IMG/VR virus record: IMGVR_UViG_3300025141_000126
Span: 1-54,264 of that record
Reading direction: 5' to 3' (one strand)
DNA length: 54,264 bases
Source: a virus
Lineage: Duplodnaviria > Caudoviricetes
Below, one piece after another: positions 8,924 to 18,007 of the stretch (position 1 is the first letter of the stretch; the number at the start of each line of letters is the position of its first letter). The position numbers were made by a program, and so were the translations under genes. Under the pieces are notes generated by a model. That model ran no database searches, was not told the origin of the DNA, and saw only the letters and a program-made list of their open reading frames with translations.

Positions 8924-10553
8924 GCCCGCCTTTGATCCCCGGTTTTACCAGAGCGAGGCAGTAGATAATGCCTTTGAAGCCTGGGATTCTGGTGCTGTGG
9001 GGTGTCTGCTAGTACAAGCAACCGGCACCGGCAAGACTGCGACTGGTTGCTTTATCGTCAAACGCTGGTTAGAGCAGGGGCCGGATTATCGTGTTCTGGT
9101 AGTTCTCCACGAACGGCCCTTGTTCTACCAGTTCTCAGATGACATCGAGAAGATCCTCCGTGTCACCCCCGGTCTAGAGGCAGGAGCAGATCATCGCCTG
9201 CAGCTCCCTATCCCGAAGATCGTAGTGGCGATGCGTCAGTCTCTTGTTGATCGCGTTCGCAACGGGCAGATCGTATCTCGACTTGGCAAGTACGACACCG
9301 ACAAGAAGTACCTCCTGATCCTCGACGAAGCACACAGATACAAGAAGGGCCTGAAGCAGGTCGCTCCGATCCTAGAGCGTTTCACGGATGCTCGCCGGTT
9401 GCTGCTCACCGCCACGCCAGAACGAGGGGACAAGGTTTCGCTCGCTAGTCTCGGGGAAGTGGTGGTCGCTGACTACCCGCACACGTCCCTGGATGGCAGG
9501 CCAAGTGCTTGCGGCGATGGATTTGTCGTTGACTTTGAACAGCATTTTGTCACAATCAATTCAGTCGATTTACAGAAAGTGAAGGGACATAAGTCAAAGG
9601 ACTGGAGTGCAGAGGATCTGTCCGACAAGCTGTCCCAGGTACGTGCCCTGGACGAGATCATCCAGCCGTCACTCGACATCGTACAAGACAAGAGGTCACT
9701 GGTGTTCTGCGTGGATCGCGCGATGAGCAGGGCATTGGTAGATCGGATCAACCACAAGTACATACCGGGTGCAGCGAGATGGATCGACGCCACCCTCCCC
9801 ATGGAAGAGCGGAAGGAAATACTAGCAGCACACAAAGCGAACGAGTTTCAGTTCTTGTGTGTCGTAGGATTATGCAGAGAGGGTTACAACGACCCGTACA
9901 TAGAGGCTGTAGTGTGTGCAAGACCAACGAAGTCAGCGTCACTCGCGGAACAGATGAAGGGTCGCGGGTGCCGTGTATTGCCAGGAGTTATTGATGGACT
10001 GGAGACTCGCGAGGAACGGTTGGATGCGATTAAGAACAGCGATAAGGACCGATGTATCGTCGTTGATCTGGTCGGGGCAACAGGGTTGGCTGGGAATCAA
10101 ACAGTGGCAAGCATCCTCGCCAAGGGACTGCCGGATCATCTCGTCGACCTTGTCACAGAGAGGGCGAATCTCCTTGCCAAAGAAGCCTCAACGGAACTTT
10201 CACTTAAGGAGATCGTCGAGAAGACCGCCGAAGACCTTCTAGAGGAGGACCGCATCGCAGAGGAAATGGTCGAGCGGGAGAGGTTGCGTTACATCGAGAA
10301 TCAAATCGATGCTGCCCGACTTGCTGGTCTTACCCTCGACGTGGACTACACCTCCAAGATAGTAGATCAGGGCGAAGGGACAGTACTAAAATTCAGGCGA
10401 CCTGAGATGAGGGTGAGCAACGGCAAGTACAAAGGCAAACTGTTGTCGCGTGTACCCACTGGCTACATCGAGTTCATGATCACGAAGCTGAAGCCAGGAT
10501 GGTATCGATCGAAATTCCAGGCAGAGTTGAAGTATAGGAGGCCACAGCTATGA
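8853..10553 (+). CDS. Superfamily 2 DEAH-box DNA helicase (ResIII/Irc3-like)
   Basis: PRFYQ, ATGTGKT, DEAH, LLTATPERGD, EGYNDP, QMKGRGCR; C-terminal GKYKG...VPTGY domain. Confidence 0.9.
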   Translation: MEWSMEQDLFEFAIPPVPEVRLPKPAFDPRFYQSEAVDNAFEAWDSGAVGCLLVQATGTGKTATGCFIVKRWLEQGPDYRVLVVLHERPLFYQFSDDIEKILRVTPGLEAGADHRLQLPIPKIVVAMRQSLVDRVRNGQIVSRLGKYDTDKKYLLILDEAHRYKKGLKQVAPILERFTDARRLLLTATPERGDKVSLASLGEVVVADYPHTSLDGRPSACGDGFVVDFEQHFVTINSVDLQKVKGHKSKDWSAEDLSDKLSQVRALDEIIQPSLDIVQDKRSLVFCVDRAMSRALVDRINHKYIPGAARWIDATLPMEERKEILAAHKANEFQFLCVVGLCREGYNDPYIEAVVCARPTKSASLAEQMKGRGCRVLPGVIDGLETREERLDAIKNSDKDRCIVVDLVGATGLAGNQTVASILAKGLPDHLVDLVTERANLLAKEASTELSLKEIVEKTAEDLLEEDRIAEEMVERERLRYIENQIDAARLAGLTLDVDYTSKIVDQGEGTVLKFRRPEMRVSNGKYKGKLLSRVPTGYIEFMITKLKPGWYRSKFQAELKYRRPQL

Positions 10554-10738
10554 GTGGTGTCATGTACCAGATACAAAAGGTCGTGCGGTTTGACCTGGAA
10601 AAAGTACTGGAGAGTCACGTTAACCACAATGTCTCACTCGATGCTCGCATGGGCATGAGATGGGAAGTATACAGGCCCATCGACGAACTGGTAGACGGCG
10701 TTGTATTCTCGGCGGTACGGCAGGAGTGTCGGGAATGA
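10550..10738 (+). CDS. MDDT-related small protein (array C)
   Basis: ATGA overlap; RWEVY motif shared with its neighbours. Confidence 0.6.
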   Translation: MSGVMYQIQKVVRFDLEKVLESHVNHNVSLDARMGMRWEVYRPIDELVDGVVFSAVRQECRE

Positions 10739-10920
10739 ACACCACGCACTTGATACACAAGGCGGTATGGGGCAACGTGGAGGAGATCCTGAATAAACAC
10801 AGCAACCCGAACCTCACCCTTGGTGTACGACTAGAGGTGAGGTGGGCTGTCCATGCAGTGATCGACTCGCAACTAGACGACCATGTGGTTCGTGGCGTAT
10901 GGGAGACCCGCAAGCTGTGA
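10735..10920 (+). CDS. MDDT-related small protein (array C)
   Basis: AGGAG RBS; ATGA overlap; MNTTHLIHKAVW...RWAVH. Confidence 0.65.
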   Translation: MNTTHLIHKAVWGNVEEILNKHSNPNLTLGVRLEVRWAVHAVIDSQLDDHVVRGVWETRKL

Positions 10921-11135
10921 ACGCCAGACACCGGATCAACAATGAACTGACCACTCACATGGAGATAGAACTGAACACAGAGATTGCCTCAGCAGTCAGG
11001 TTTTCTGCGAGGCAGGCATTACGGTGGCCTGCGTATGACTTGACAGAGGTAGAGGTAAACCACCATATTGAACGCACGATATTATCCGAAGTTCGTGTTT
11101 TGCGAACTACCGCCCACCCCCGGAGAGACACATGA
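10917..11135 (+). CDS. MDDT-related small protein (array C)
   Basis: GTGA overlap; GGAG RBS; ...RWPAY. Confidence 0.55.
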   Translation: MNARHRINNELTTHMEIELNTEIASAVRFSARQALRWPAYDLTEVEVNHHIERTILSEVRVLRTTAHPRRDT

Positions 11136-11494
11136 AGATAACGATCCACGAAGCAACTAAGACCCCCATCACAGTGAAGGACGACCGACCGTTCCTCAAG
11201 GAACCATCTAGTGTGTATGTCATCGATGAGACCCGAGGCCTATGGCGTCGAGTCAAACCAAAGGCGTACCAAGACCACAAGATGAGCAGCGACCATACCA
11301 TTCGGGGGGTATACCAAACCCCGGAGAATATCTTCCTGTTCATCCGAGACACCAGCCTAGAGAAGATGTTGCTAGCTGTGTGCGGTCCAGCCCCCTGCTG
11401 CGGTGCAAAAAAAGATCCAGAAAAAGCACTTGACTCTTCGTTCGACGCTTCCTACACTGAATGTAGCGAGGACGAGACGGCAATCGTCGCCTGA
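11132..11494 (+). CDS. Hypothetical protein
   Basis: ATGA overlap; GGAGAG RBS. Confidence 0.55.
   Translation: MKITIHEATKTPITVKDDRPFLKEPSSVYVIDETRGLWRRVKPKAYQDHKMSSDHTIRGVYQTPENIFLFIRDTSLEKMLLAVCGPAPCCGAKKDPEKALDSSFDASYTECSEDETAIVA
11430..11458 (+). promoter_or_regulatory. Sigma70-type promoter for the DUF6745-like operon
   Basis: TTGACT-17-TACACT preceded by A-tracts. Confidence 0.55.
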
Positions 11495-11573
11495 TCGTTA
11501 TGAACATCCCGCCTCCCCCTGTGCCATGCCCTTCACGCAGGGGGAGGCACCTTTTATCAAGGAGCGAGTGAAA

Positions 11574-12815
11574 ATGCCTACGACGATAAATGAACTCACA
11601 GACGAGCAGACAGCCCAGTTCGGAGAGTTCCGCGACAAGTGGATAGCCAACGGTCTGGACACATCCCCAGCTAACTTCTCACTAGCCGGTGACGGTCTGA
11701 ACGGTTGCTACGGTGCAGCGAAACTCGCTAGCCCCGAGATCGTACTGACATTTGCCAGTCCGTTAGCCACGGTCATCGGCGGCTGCATGGGAAACATCGC
11801 CTTCCCAATGACACGGGGTCTGGCTGCAGGCACTGACATGACGACCGCTGCCGAGAAACAGGATACTAATTCTCGGGAGTCACCACCTGAACTTAAGTCG
11901 CCGCCACATGCCCGACGATCCCCCACTGGGTCAGAGGTTCATCCAGGCGATAAAGCCTTGGCAACGTCCCAAGAGTACATGGACATGGACGATCCAGGGG
12001 AATATGAAGTTCGCCACGCAGTTCTCGACTCTTTCAAGTCCGAGTCCGACTTCAACCTCATCACCGACATCTGGAATGAGACCAGCAACCAGCTCCGAGC
12101 ACAAACCGGTGTGGATGCTGCCCACCCAGCGTTTCGTCGCCTATCCGGTGGTATCAACGCAGAAGTCTGGAAGACTACCAAGGACCGCATCTCTGATGAG
12201 TGGCGTCAATACCGTGGTGGTAATCTCTGGAGTAGTTGGTACGCATACGTCACGTACTTTCGCGATGCGTGCAACTGGGAAAATCCCGCCTTGGAATCCT
12301 TCGCACACGACGAGAAGTGTGCAACCAACGCTGGTTGGATCTGGTACAGCCGCAAGGTAGCTGCCATCTCCGACCGCCCCAACATCCTGCTTCGTAACGA
12401 GGATGGGGAATTGCATTGTGAAGACGGTCCTGCAATGGCTTGGCGTGACGGCTGGGCATTGTGGCGAGTCAATGGCGTAGAGGTGGATGAGCAAATCGTC
12501 ATGACACCTGAGACGCAGACCGTGGAGCAGATGCATGCCGACGATAATGCCGACCGCCAATCCATTCGCATCGAGCGATACGGATGGGCACAGTACCTCA
12601 AGGACTCCGGTGCTAAGGAGGTAGACAAAGCTACGGACGACGTGTCAGGTTGTCCCCAGGTTTTGTACCGTACTCACAATGGTGGACAGCGGCTTGTAGT
12701 CGTCTGTCAGACTGGTCGAGTCTTTGCGATGGGCGTCCCTAGCGACGTTGAGACTTGCGAGCAGGCCCAGAAGTGGTTAGCCCCCGAAGGTATCAATATC
12801 ATCGCTGCGACGTAG
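11574..12815 (+). CDS. DUF6745-like protein
   Basis: N-terminal LTDEQ...RDKWIANGLDTSPA; C-terminal DRPNILLRNEDGELHCEDGPAMAWRDGW...NGVEV...ERYGW; AAGGAG RBS. Confidence 0.75.
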   Translation: MPTTINELTDEQTAQFGEFRDKWIANGLDTSPANFSLAGDGLNGCYGAAKLASPEIVLTFASPLATVIGGCMGNIAFPMTRGLAAGTDMTTAAEKQDTNSRESPPELKSPPHARRSPTGSEVHPGDKALATSQEYMDMDDPGEYEVRHAVLDSFKSESDFNLITDIWNETSNQLRAQTGVDAAHPAFRRLSGGINAEVWKTTKDRISDEWRQYRGGNLWSSWYAYVTYFRDACNWENPALESFAHDEKCATNAGWIWYSRKVAAISDRPNILLRNEDGELHCEDGPAMAWRDGWALWRVNGVEVDEQIVMTPETQTVEQMHADDNADRQSIRIERYGWAQYLKDSGAKEVDKATDDVSGCPQVLYRTHNGGQRLVVVCQTGRVFAMGVPSDVETCEQAQKWLAPEGINIIAAT

Positions 12816-12861
12816 AGTGCGTTGATTTCCGTGAACTAGTTCTAAAGCAAGGAAGAAAAAG

Positions 12862-13323
12862 ATGAAGACAACAATCGATTCGATTACCGAATGTGCCGCT
12901 CAGATCCACAAGGGCGAGCACACTGAAGTGAAGCCTGGGATGTCTGTTCGTATGTCCGAAGCAGCCGCACCCCAGGACTCTATCCGACAGGGGGATCTCT
13001 ACCTCACTGTCGCGTTGAGCGTTCCCGAGGGCTACACTAAAGCCACGAAGGCGAATGTTCAACTCGTCCCCGGCAACACCAAGGGTGCTCGTCACTGTCT
13101 TGACAGCCTTGAAGGTGTTACCATGTACTACCCGCCGGGTTTCGAGTCGGCTGGTGATTCTTGGGACGCTCTGGAAGGCCCCGTCCTTGAGTTGTCGAAG
13201 GAACGTAAGGTTCTACACCCGACTCACGGACACGTAACGATCCCCGCCGGATTCACCGTTGGTTGCACATACCAGCGGGAATGGGATCAGGAGCAACGTC
13301 GCGAACGTCGCAACGCCGACTGA
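12862..13323 (+). CDS. Conserved His-rich beta protein, recalled as the usual neighbour of DUF6745 genes
   Basis: RQGDLYL...GNTKGARH...HPTHGHVTIPAG...QREWD. Confidence 0.65.
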   Translation: MKTTIDSITECAAQIHKGEHTEVKPGMSVRMSEAAAPQDSIRQGDLYLTVALSVPEGYTKATKANVQLVPGNTKGARHCLDSLEGVTMYYPPGFESAGDSWDALEGPVLELSKERKVLHPTHGHVTIPAGFTVGCTYQREWDQEQRRERRNAD

Positions 13324-13336
13324 TGCTCACTCGCTG

Positions 13337-13383
13337 CAGCCGCTGCTATGCTCAAGGATGTTCATGGCAGCGGCTGTTTTTTT
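13337..13383 (+). terminator. Rho-independent terminator
   Basis: CAGCCGCTGCTATG/CATGGCAGCGGCTG stem followed by a T run. Confidence 0.75.
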
Positions 13384-13402
13384 ATATGCACGGAGGTGAG
13401 CG

Positions 13403-13786
13403 ATGACACGGCACATTACCAACGACCTACGCCTCTCGCGTGACGAGAAGCCAAAGGTACGCGACGAGTTTCTTATCTTACTGGGTGCCGCTCTGGCCGA
13501 CCCGGCGTACTGCGTCCTCCTCTTAGACGCCATCCCCGACGACATGGACTCCTGGGGTTCAGGCGATCTCGACGCATGGGTACAGGCGCTACGCCTAGAG
13601 AACCCAACTCTCCTCGCTGACTGCTGCGAGCACATCACGCACGAACGCCCCGACTCCGGTGGTACGATACGCGATGCATGCCTGTCGCAGATACGCACGA
13701 GCTTCTCCGACCGCCTCGCCAAGCTGCAACGACTCCGCAGCTTGTACCGGGAATCCCTAGAGGTCAAGCTGGGGTTGAAGAAATGA
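13403..13786 (+). CDS. Hypothetical protein
   Basis: GGAGGT RBS; 127 aa. Confidence 0.6.
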   Translation: MTRHITNDLRLSRDEKPKVRDEFLILLGAALADPAYCVLLLDAIPDDMDSWGSGDLDAWVQALRLENPTLLADCCEHITHERPDSGGTIRDACLSQIRTSFSDRLAKLQRLRSLYRESLEVKLGLKK

Positions 13787-14049
13787 ATCTCAAGCTGAAC
13801 GGCAAGCGATATAAACTACGCTACGTCTCAGGCGTGTCGTATTTAGGGGAGTGTGATCCCCCGTCGCTCGCAGGCAAAGAGATTCGGATCAACGCAGATG
13901 TCACGGGTGAGAAATTATTAGACACTTACCTACACGAATTTCTACACGCACTGTACTGGCACATCGACGAGGATCACATCGCTAAACCAGCGGAGGATCT
14001 AGCCCGTGCGCTGTGGCGGCTAGGCTATCGAATGAAGGAGGATGAGTGA
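13783..14049 (+). CDS. Small HExxH zinc metallopeptidase-like protein
   Basis: LGECD...IRIN...LDTYLHEFLHA; ATGA overlap. Confidence 0.65.
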   Translation: MNLKLNGKRYKLRYVSGVSYLGECDPPSLAGKEIRINADVTGEKLLDTYLHEFLHALYWHIDEDHIAKPAEDLARALWRLGYRMKEDE

Positions 14050-14279
14050 TGAACCTCATTAAGGACATCAAGAACCTACCTAAGTCAGTGCGGAAGCGGG
14101 GATGGGTAGAACGTCTGCCCGAGAAGAAACGCAAAGAACTAGAAGCGGTCGTCAAGGCATGGGAGGCTGACGAGTTCCGTGGACTAACGAAGCTGGATGT
14201 TGCACGGAAGTGTGTCGAAGCATTGGATCTGCGGGTCCACGTCACGACCGTGTCACGCATATTCCCTACTCTAGATTAA
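14046..14279 (+). CDS. Small basic protein, possible HTH
   Basis: Coupled overlap; GGAGG RBS. Confidence 0.55.
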   Translation: MMNLIKDIKNLPKSVRKRGWVERLPEKKRKELEAVVKAWEADEFRGLTKLDVARKCVEALDLRVHVTTVSRIFPTLD

Positions 14280-14287
14280 GGTGACAC

Positions 14288-15364
14288 ATGGGACTCAAGG
14301 ACGACCTCGCCAAAGCAAGCGAGAAGAAGCAGGAAGAGGAATCAGCAGTCATCAAGGAGTTGCGGAGTAGGGATCGTGAACTCGCCAAGGCCAAGGCGGC
14401 TCTCAAGACAGCGAAGATCAAGCTGAAGCAGAGCGAAGAGGAGTTGGAACTAGAGAAGCAGAAGTCGGAGATCGTGGTAGCCACATCCGGGGCACCAAAG
14501 AACCGTCGCTTCGCCCGCAAGAAGGGCAAGTCCACCAGCAACGCCGTGGGTATTGTGTGCCTCACTGACTGGCATGTCGAGGAGACGATCGACCCCGCCA
14601 CAGTCAACGATCTCAATGCATTCACCCTCGACATAGCCGACGCTCGCATTCGCCGCACATTCGACAAGTCCCTTGATATGCTCCAGTTCTCTAGGGGCCA
14701 GAGCAACATCAAAGAACTGTGGGTATGGCTAGGTGGCGACTTCATTACTGGGTACATCCATGAGGAGTTAGAGGAATCCAACTCCCTCTCCCCACCCGAG
14801 GCTGTCGTCTGGCTGCAAGACAGAATGTATACCGGCCTGAAGTTCCTTGCGCAACACGCCGACGTAGATCGTATACGAGTCATCCCATCCTGGGGTAACC
14901 ACGCACGCACTAACAAGAAGACACGCATCTCAACCCGAGCAGAGAATACCTATGAATGGATCTTGTACCACAACCTCGCCCGAGCATTCAACGACGACCC
15001 AACAGTTGAGTTCAAAATCGAGAAGGGTTACCACAACATCAACGACTGGTACGGATACAAAGTACGATTTCATCACGGTGATGGGCTCAGATACAACGGG
15101 GGCGTGGGAGGCATTACCATCCCTGTCAACAAGTCGATCAACCAGTGGAATAAAGCTACACGATGCGACCTAGACGTGTTCGGCCACTACCACCAGTTCA
15201 TCAACTGTCGCACGTTCGTCAGCGTGGGGTGCCTCATTGGGTACAGCCCGTACGCCTTAGAGATCAAGGCAGAGTGGGAGCCGCCAACGCAGTCGTTTAT
15301 TGTGATCGACAAGCACTACGGCAAGGTACTAGCGGAGCAGATCTTCTGCGAGGAAGCCAAGTGA
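14288..15364 (+). CDS. Calcineurin-like metallophosphoesterase with N-terminal coiled coil
   Basis: TDWH, LGGD, GNH, HHGD and FGHYH motifs. Confidence 0.85.
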   Translation: MGLKDDLAKASEKKQEEESAVIKELRSRDRELAKAKAALKTAKIKLKQSEEELELEKQKSEIVVATSGAPKNRRFARKKGKSTSNAVGIVCLTDWHVEETIDPATVNDLNAFTLDIADARIRRTFDKSLDMLQFSRGQSNIKELWVWLGGDFITGYIHEELEESNSLSPPEAVVWLQDRMYTGLKFLAQHADVDRIRVIPSWGNHARTNKKTRISTRAENTYEWILYHNLARAFNDDPTVEFKIEKGYHNINDWYGYKVRFHHGDGLRYNGGVGGITIPVNKSINQWNKATRCDLDVFGHYHQFINCRTFVSVGCLIGYSPYALEIKAEWEPPTQSFIVIDKHYGKVLAEQIFCEEAK

Positions 15365-15567
15365 AACGAGACACCACGTACCGAGACATAGACGATGGAT
15401 TAGATCGAGGCATCAACGACCGTGGGTTGTACAACCTAGTTGGTGTTGACCTGTCCGTGGTGACCAGAGTCAGGAATGAACTCATGCTTGAGAGATCAGG
15501 CGTGACGAGGATGTGCAGACACATAGAACAAAGCATAGCACGGAGAGTTGATGATGACCCCAGCTGA
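15361..15567 (+). CDS. MDDT-related small protein
   Basis: GTGA overlap; (M)KRDTTYRDIDDG. Confidence 0.5.
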   Translation: MKRDTTYRDIDDGLDRGINDRGLYNLVGVDLSVVTRVRNELMLERSGVTRMCRHIEQSIARRVDDDPS

Positions 15568-15925
15568 ACAAGAGATGATCGCTGAGTACAGGCTAGAGCA
15601 CAACAAGTGTGCCCTCTGCCATGTGTCAGATAGAGAAGAACCAATGGACATCGCCCACATCTATGGCGGTGCCCGACGCGCACATGAGCATACCAACATC
15701 CTGCTCCTCTGTCGCAAGTGTCACTCACACCAGCATAACGGAACCGACCCACCCATAACGTCGGTCGAACTGATGCGATGCAAGTGGGAACTGGGCGAGT
15801 TGTGCCCAGCGGAAATGGCAGAGATTGCATGTTACACTGAACGCTGGATCTTCGACGCCGCCAACGAGTGTGTTCTACCGCAGCACTTCCTCGACCTGAG
15901 AGCACAGCATGGACACAAGCCATGA
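15548..15925 (+). CDS. HNH endonuclease
   Basis: CALC...AHI...NILLLCRKCHSHQH. Confidence 0.8.
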   Translation: MMMTPAEQEMIAEYRLEHNKCALCHVSDREEPMDIAHIYGGARRAHEHTNILLLCRKCHSHQHNGTDPPITSVELMRCKWELGELCPAEMAEIACYTERWIFDAANECVLPQHFLDLRAQHGHKP

Positions 15926-16370
15926 GGTGATCCTCGTGATTCCAGGCGTGCCTGTAGGGAAGCCGAGAATGACCAAGCGGGATAAGTGGATGAACCCCCC
16001 TCGCCCACCGGTCCAACGCTATCGAGACTGGTGCGATACAGTGCGTGAGAGTATCAAGGAGCAGGAGGTGGTGATCCCCGAGGCAGCGTCGATACAACAC
16101 ATCAACTGGACAGCGTACTTCCCACCGTGTGAGAGGGTACAGGACGGCAGGACTAAGAGCGGTAAGATCCGATACAGGAAGACCACCTTGGCAGAGAAGG
16201 GAGCGATGCTAGGGGAGATGTACCGGCGCAAACCGGACATCGACAACATCGCGAAATGCTGGGACTGCCTGTTCGATGAGGATGAAGCCATTGCGTTCTG
16301 CACTCTACGCAAGGAGTATAGCCAATCCCCCCGAACTGAGGTGCGAATTACTTACGACGAATCTATTTGA
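15909..16370 (+). CDS. rusA: RusA-like Holliday junction resolvase
   Basis: PVGKPRMT...KPDIDNIAK..D...ED...KEYS...PRTEV. Confidence 0.8.
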   Translation: MDTSHEVILVIPGVPVGKPRMTKRDKWMNPPRPPVQRYRDWCDTVRESIKEQEVVIPEAASIQHINWTAYFPPCERVQDGRTKSGKIRYRKTTLAEKGAMLGEMYRRKPDIDNIAKCWDCLFDEDEAIAFCTLRKEYSQSPRTEVRITYDESI

Positions 16371-16395
16371 CACCCTCCCCCAAACAGCGTATACT
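16367..16395 (+). promoter_or_regulatory. Sigma70-type promoter
   Basis: TTGACA-17-TATACT. Confidence 0.7.
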
Positions 16396-16441
16396 GTACT
16401 CCCCCGCAGGCTAACATTGACAATTAGCCCGGAGCACAGCC

Positions 16442-16930
16442 ATGCGATTTACCACACGCCGCCTCGTTAAGTCTGACATCGACGAGATTCTAGAGATCGA
16501 AGAGTACAGCTTTGATCAACCCTGGAGACGCAAGGACTTCATCTCCCTCCTACGTCACCCCAATGTGGTCAACCGTGTGGCTGTTATCGATGACGCGATT
16601 GTCGCATACGCCTCGATCGAACTCTATGGCAGGCGAGCCGACATCCTCAACCTAGCCGTTAGGTGGGACTACCGCAGGCAGGGGATCGGCACTGATTTCC
16701 TGCGGCATCTACGGCGTCACTCCCTCAACGACCGGTCCTCGATCAGCTTCGCCGTCAGTGAGTACAACTCCTCCGGCCAGATCTTTCTCAGGTCCGCTGG
16801 ATTCCGTGTGACATCGATCATGCGTGAGCACTACGAGAGTTCGGACGAAGACTCCTACTATTTCGAGCGAGTCCCCGGTCAACCCCCCCAAAAATACCTA
16901 CCCTGCAACAGAATATCGGGGTATATTTGA
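16442..16930 (+). CDS. rimI: RimI-like GNAT N-acetyltransferase
   Basis: ILEIEEYSFDQPW, ILNLAVRWDYRRQGIG, SEYNSSGQIFLRSAGF, EDSY. Confidence 0.8.
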   Translation: MRFTTRRLVKSDIDEILEIEEYSFDQPWRRKDFISLLRHPNVVNRVAVIDDAIVAYASIELYGRRADILNLAVRWDYRRQGIGTDFLRHLRRHSLNDRSSISFAVSEYNSSGQIFLRSAGFRVTSIMREHYESSDEDSYYFERVPGQPPQKYLPCNRISGYI

Positions 16931-17001
16931 CGCTTTTTCCTAGAAAACCCCCTACTAACTTGCAACTGGGGGGTGAATTATCGTAAAATGTAATAGAAGA
17001 G

Positions 17002-17030
17002 TTGCGTTCCATTAGCAGGCATGATACAAT
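17002..17030 (+). promoter_or_regulatory. Sigma70-type promoter upstream of the putative lysis cassette
   Basis: TTGCGT-17-TACAAT with extended -10; a second candidate TTGCAA-18-TAAAAT lies at 16960-16989. Confidence 0.5.
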
Positions 17031-17129
17031 AATGAGAACTACTACTTCCTACCCATGCTTAACCCCCTCTCTGTCGAGACCGCCCCGCGACAGGGAGGAG
17101 GGTTGAGTATACCCCATTAGGAGAATCCG

Positions 17130-17417
17130 ATGCCGTCACCCCTCGACTGCCGAGACTATTGCCTATCCCGGTCCTGGCGTTTGCGTCGGTTCCGTGGGAC
17201 TAGTGCCGGTCTGATCGACCAAGCTGTCTCCGTGATAGACACTGCCAACGTGAACTTCGACACTGAGTATGGTCGGGAGTACCTTCGCAACCGCCTTGTT
17301 CGTACAGCAAGGAAGCAGCGGGCAGGCAACCCCATCGCGTTGTTCATCATCACGAACATCCTTATTCCAATCATCATCAAGCTCGTCATAGCGTGGTGGG
17401 AGAAACGACAGAAGTGA
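17130..17417 (+). CDS. Small membrane-anchored protein
   Basis: AGGAG RBS; C-terminal hydrophobic helix IALFIITNILIPIIIKLVIAWW. Confidence 0.65.
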   Translation: MPSPLDCRDYCLSRSWRLRRFRGTSAGLIDQAVSVIDTANVNFDTEYGREYLRNRLVRTARKQRAGNPIALFIITNILIPIIIKLVIAWWEKRQK

Positions 17418-18007
17418 TTAGACTCACCCTCGCCGCGATCATCTTGGCACTCGCGCCGCTTACCCAAGCCCAGGAAATACAGTTAACTCATCAGGTGATA
17501 GCCGCATCTCCCGTTGAAGCCACCGCCTACTCATGGACTGTCTTGGTTGATGGGGTCCAGCGACCGCAACCATCAAGCGATAAGAAGACAGTCATCGTCA
17601 CCCTCCACGACCAGCAGACGGTCACGCTTGTGCTCTCGGTCGTCGTCGATGGAAAGCTACAAACCTTTGTGACTGACGCCAACGCCCCAGGTCCAGCCCC
17701 CCCTGTACCACCGGTTCCAGTCCCAAACCCATCGGGGGTGGCTTCTCTAGTGATCGTGACAGAGACAGCCAACCGGACCCCGGACCAACAGCGATTGTTC
17801 GTGCAGATCCAGACGAAGTACAAGACGTACCCAGTGTTGATAGTGGATCAGGACGCGACGAAGGGAGATCTCAAGGCAGTAATCAAAGCAGCACAAGATC
17901 TCGGAGTTCCAGCCGTGGTATCTTTAGACGCAGGCGGTAAGGTACTCGCCACTACATCACTGCCTGCTACCACCACCTACGAACAGTTTCAGGAGTTGAT
18001 TAAGTGA
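17414..18007 (+). CDS. Secreted two-domain protein with proline-rich linker
   Basis: Signal peptide (M)IRLTLAAIILALAPLTQA; PGPAPPVPPVPVPNP linker. Confidence 0.65.
   Translation: MIRLTLAAIILALAPLTQAQEIQLTHQVIAASPVEATAYSWTVLVDGVQRPQPSSDKKTVIVTLHDQQTVTLVLSVVVDGKLQTFVTDANAPGPAPPVPPVPVPNPSGVASLVIVTETANRTPDQQRLFVQIQTKYKTYPVLIVDQDATKGDLKAVIKAAQDLGVPAVVSLDAGGKVLATTSLPATTTYEQFQELIK

Noticed and set aside
15297-16100. 267-aa minus-strand ORF
   Set aside because: Overlaps the well-supported + strand HNH and RusA genes; composition is not protein-like
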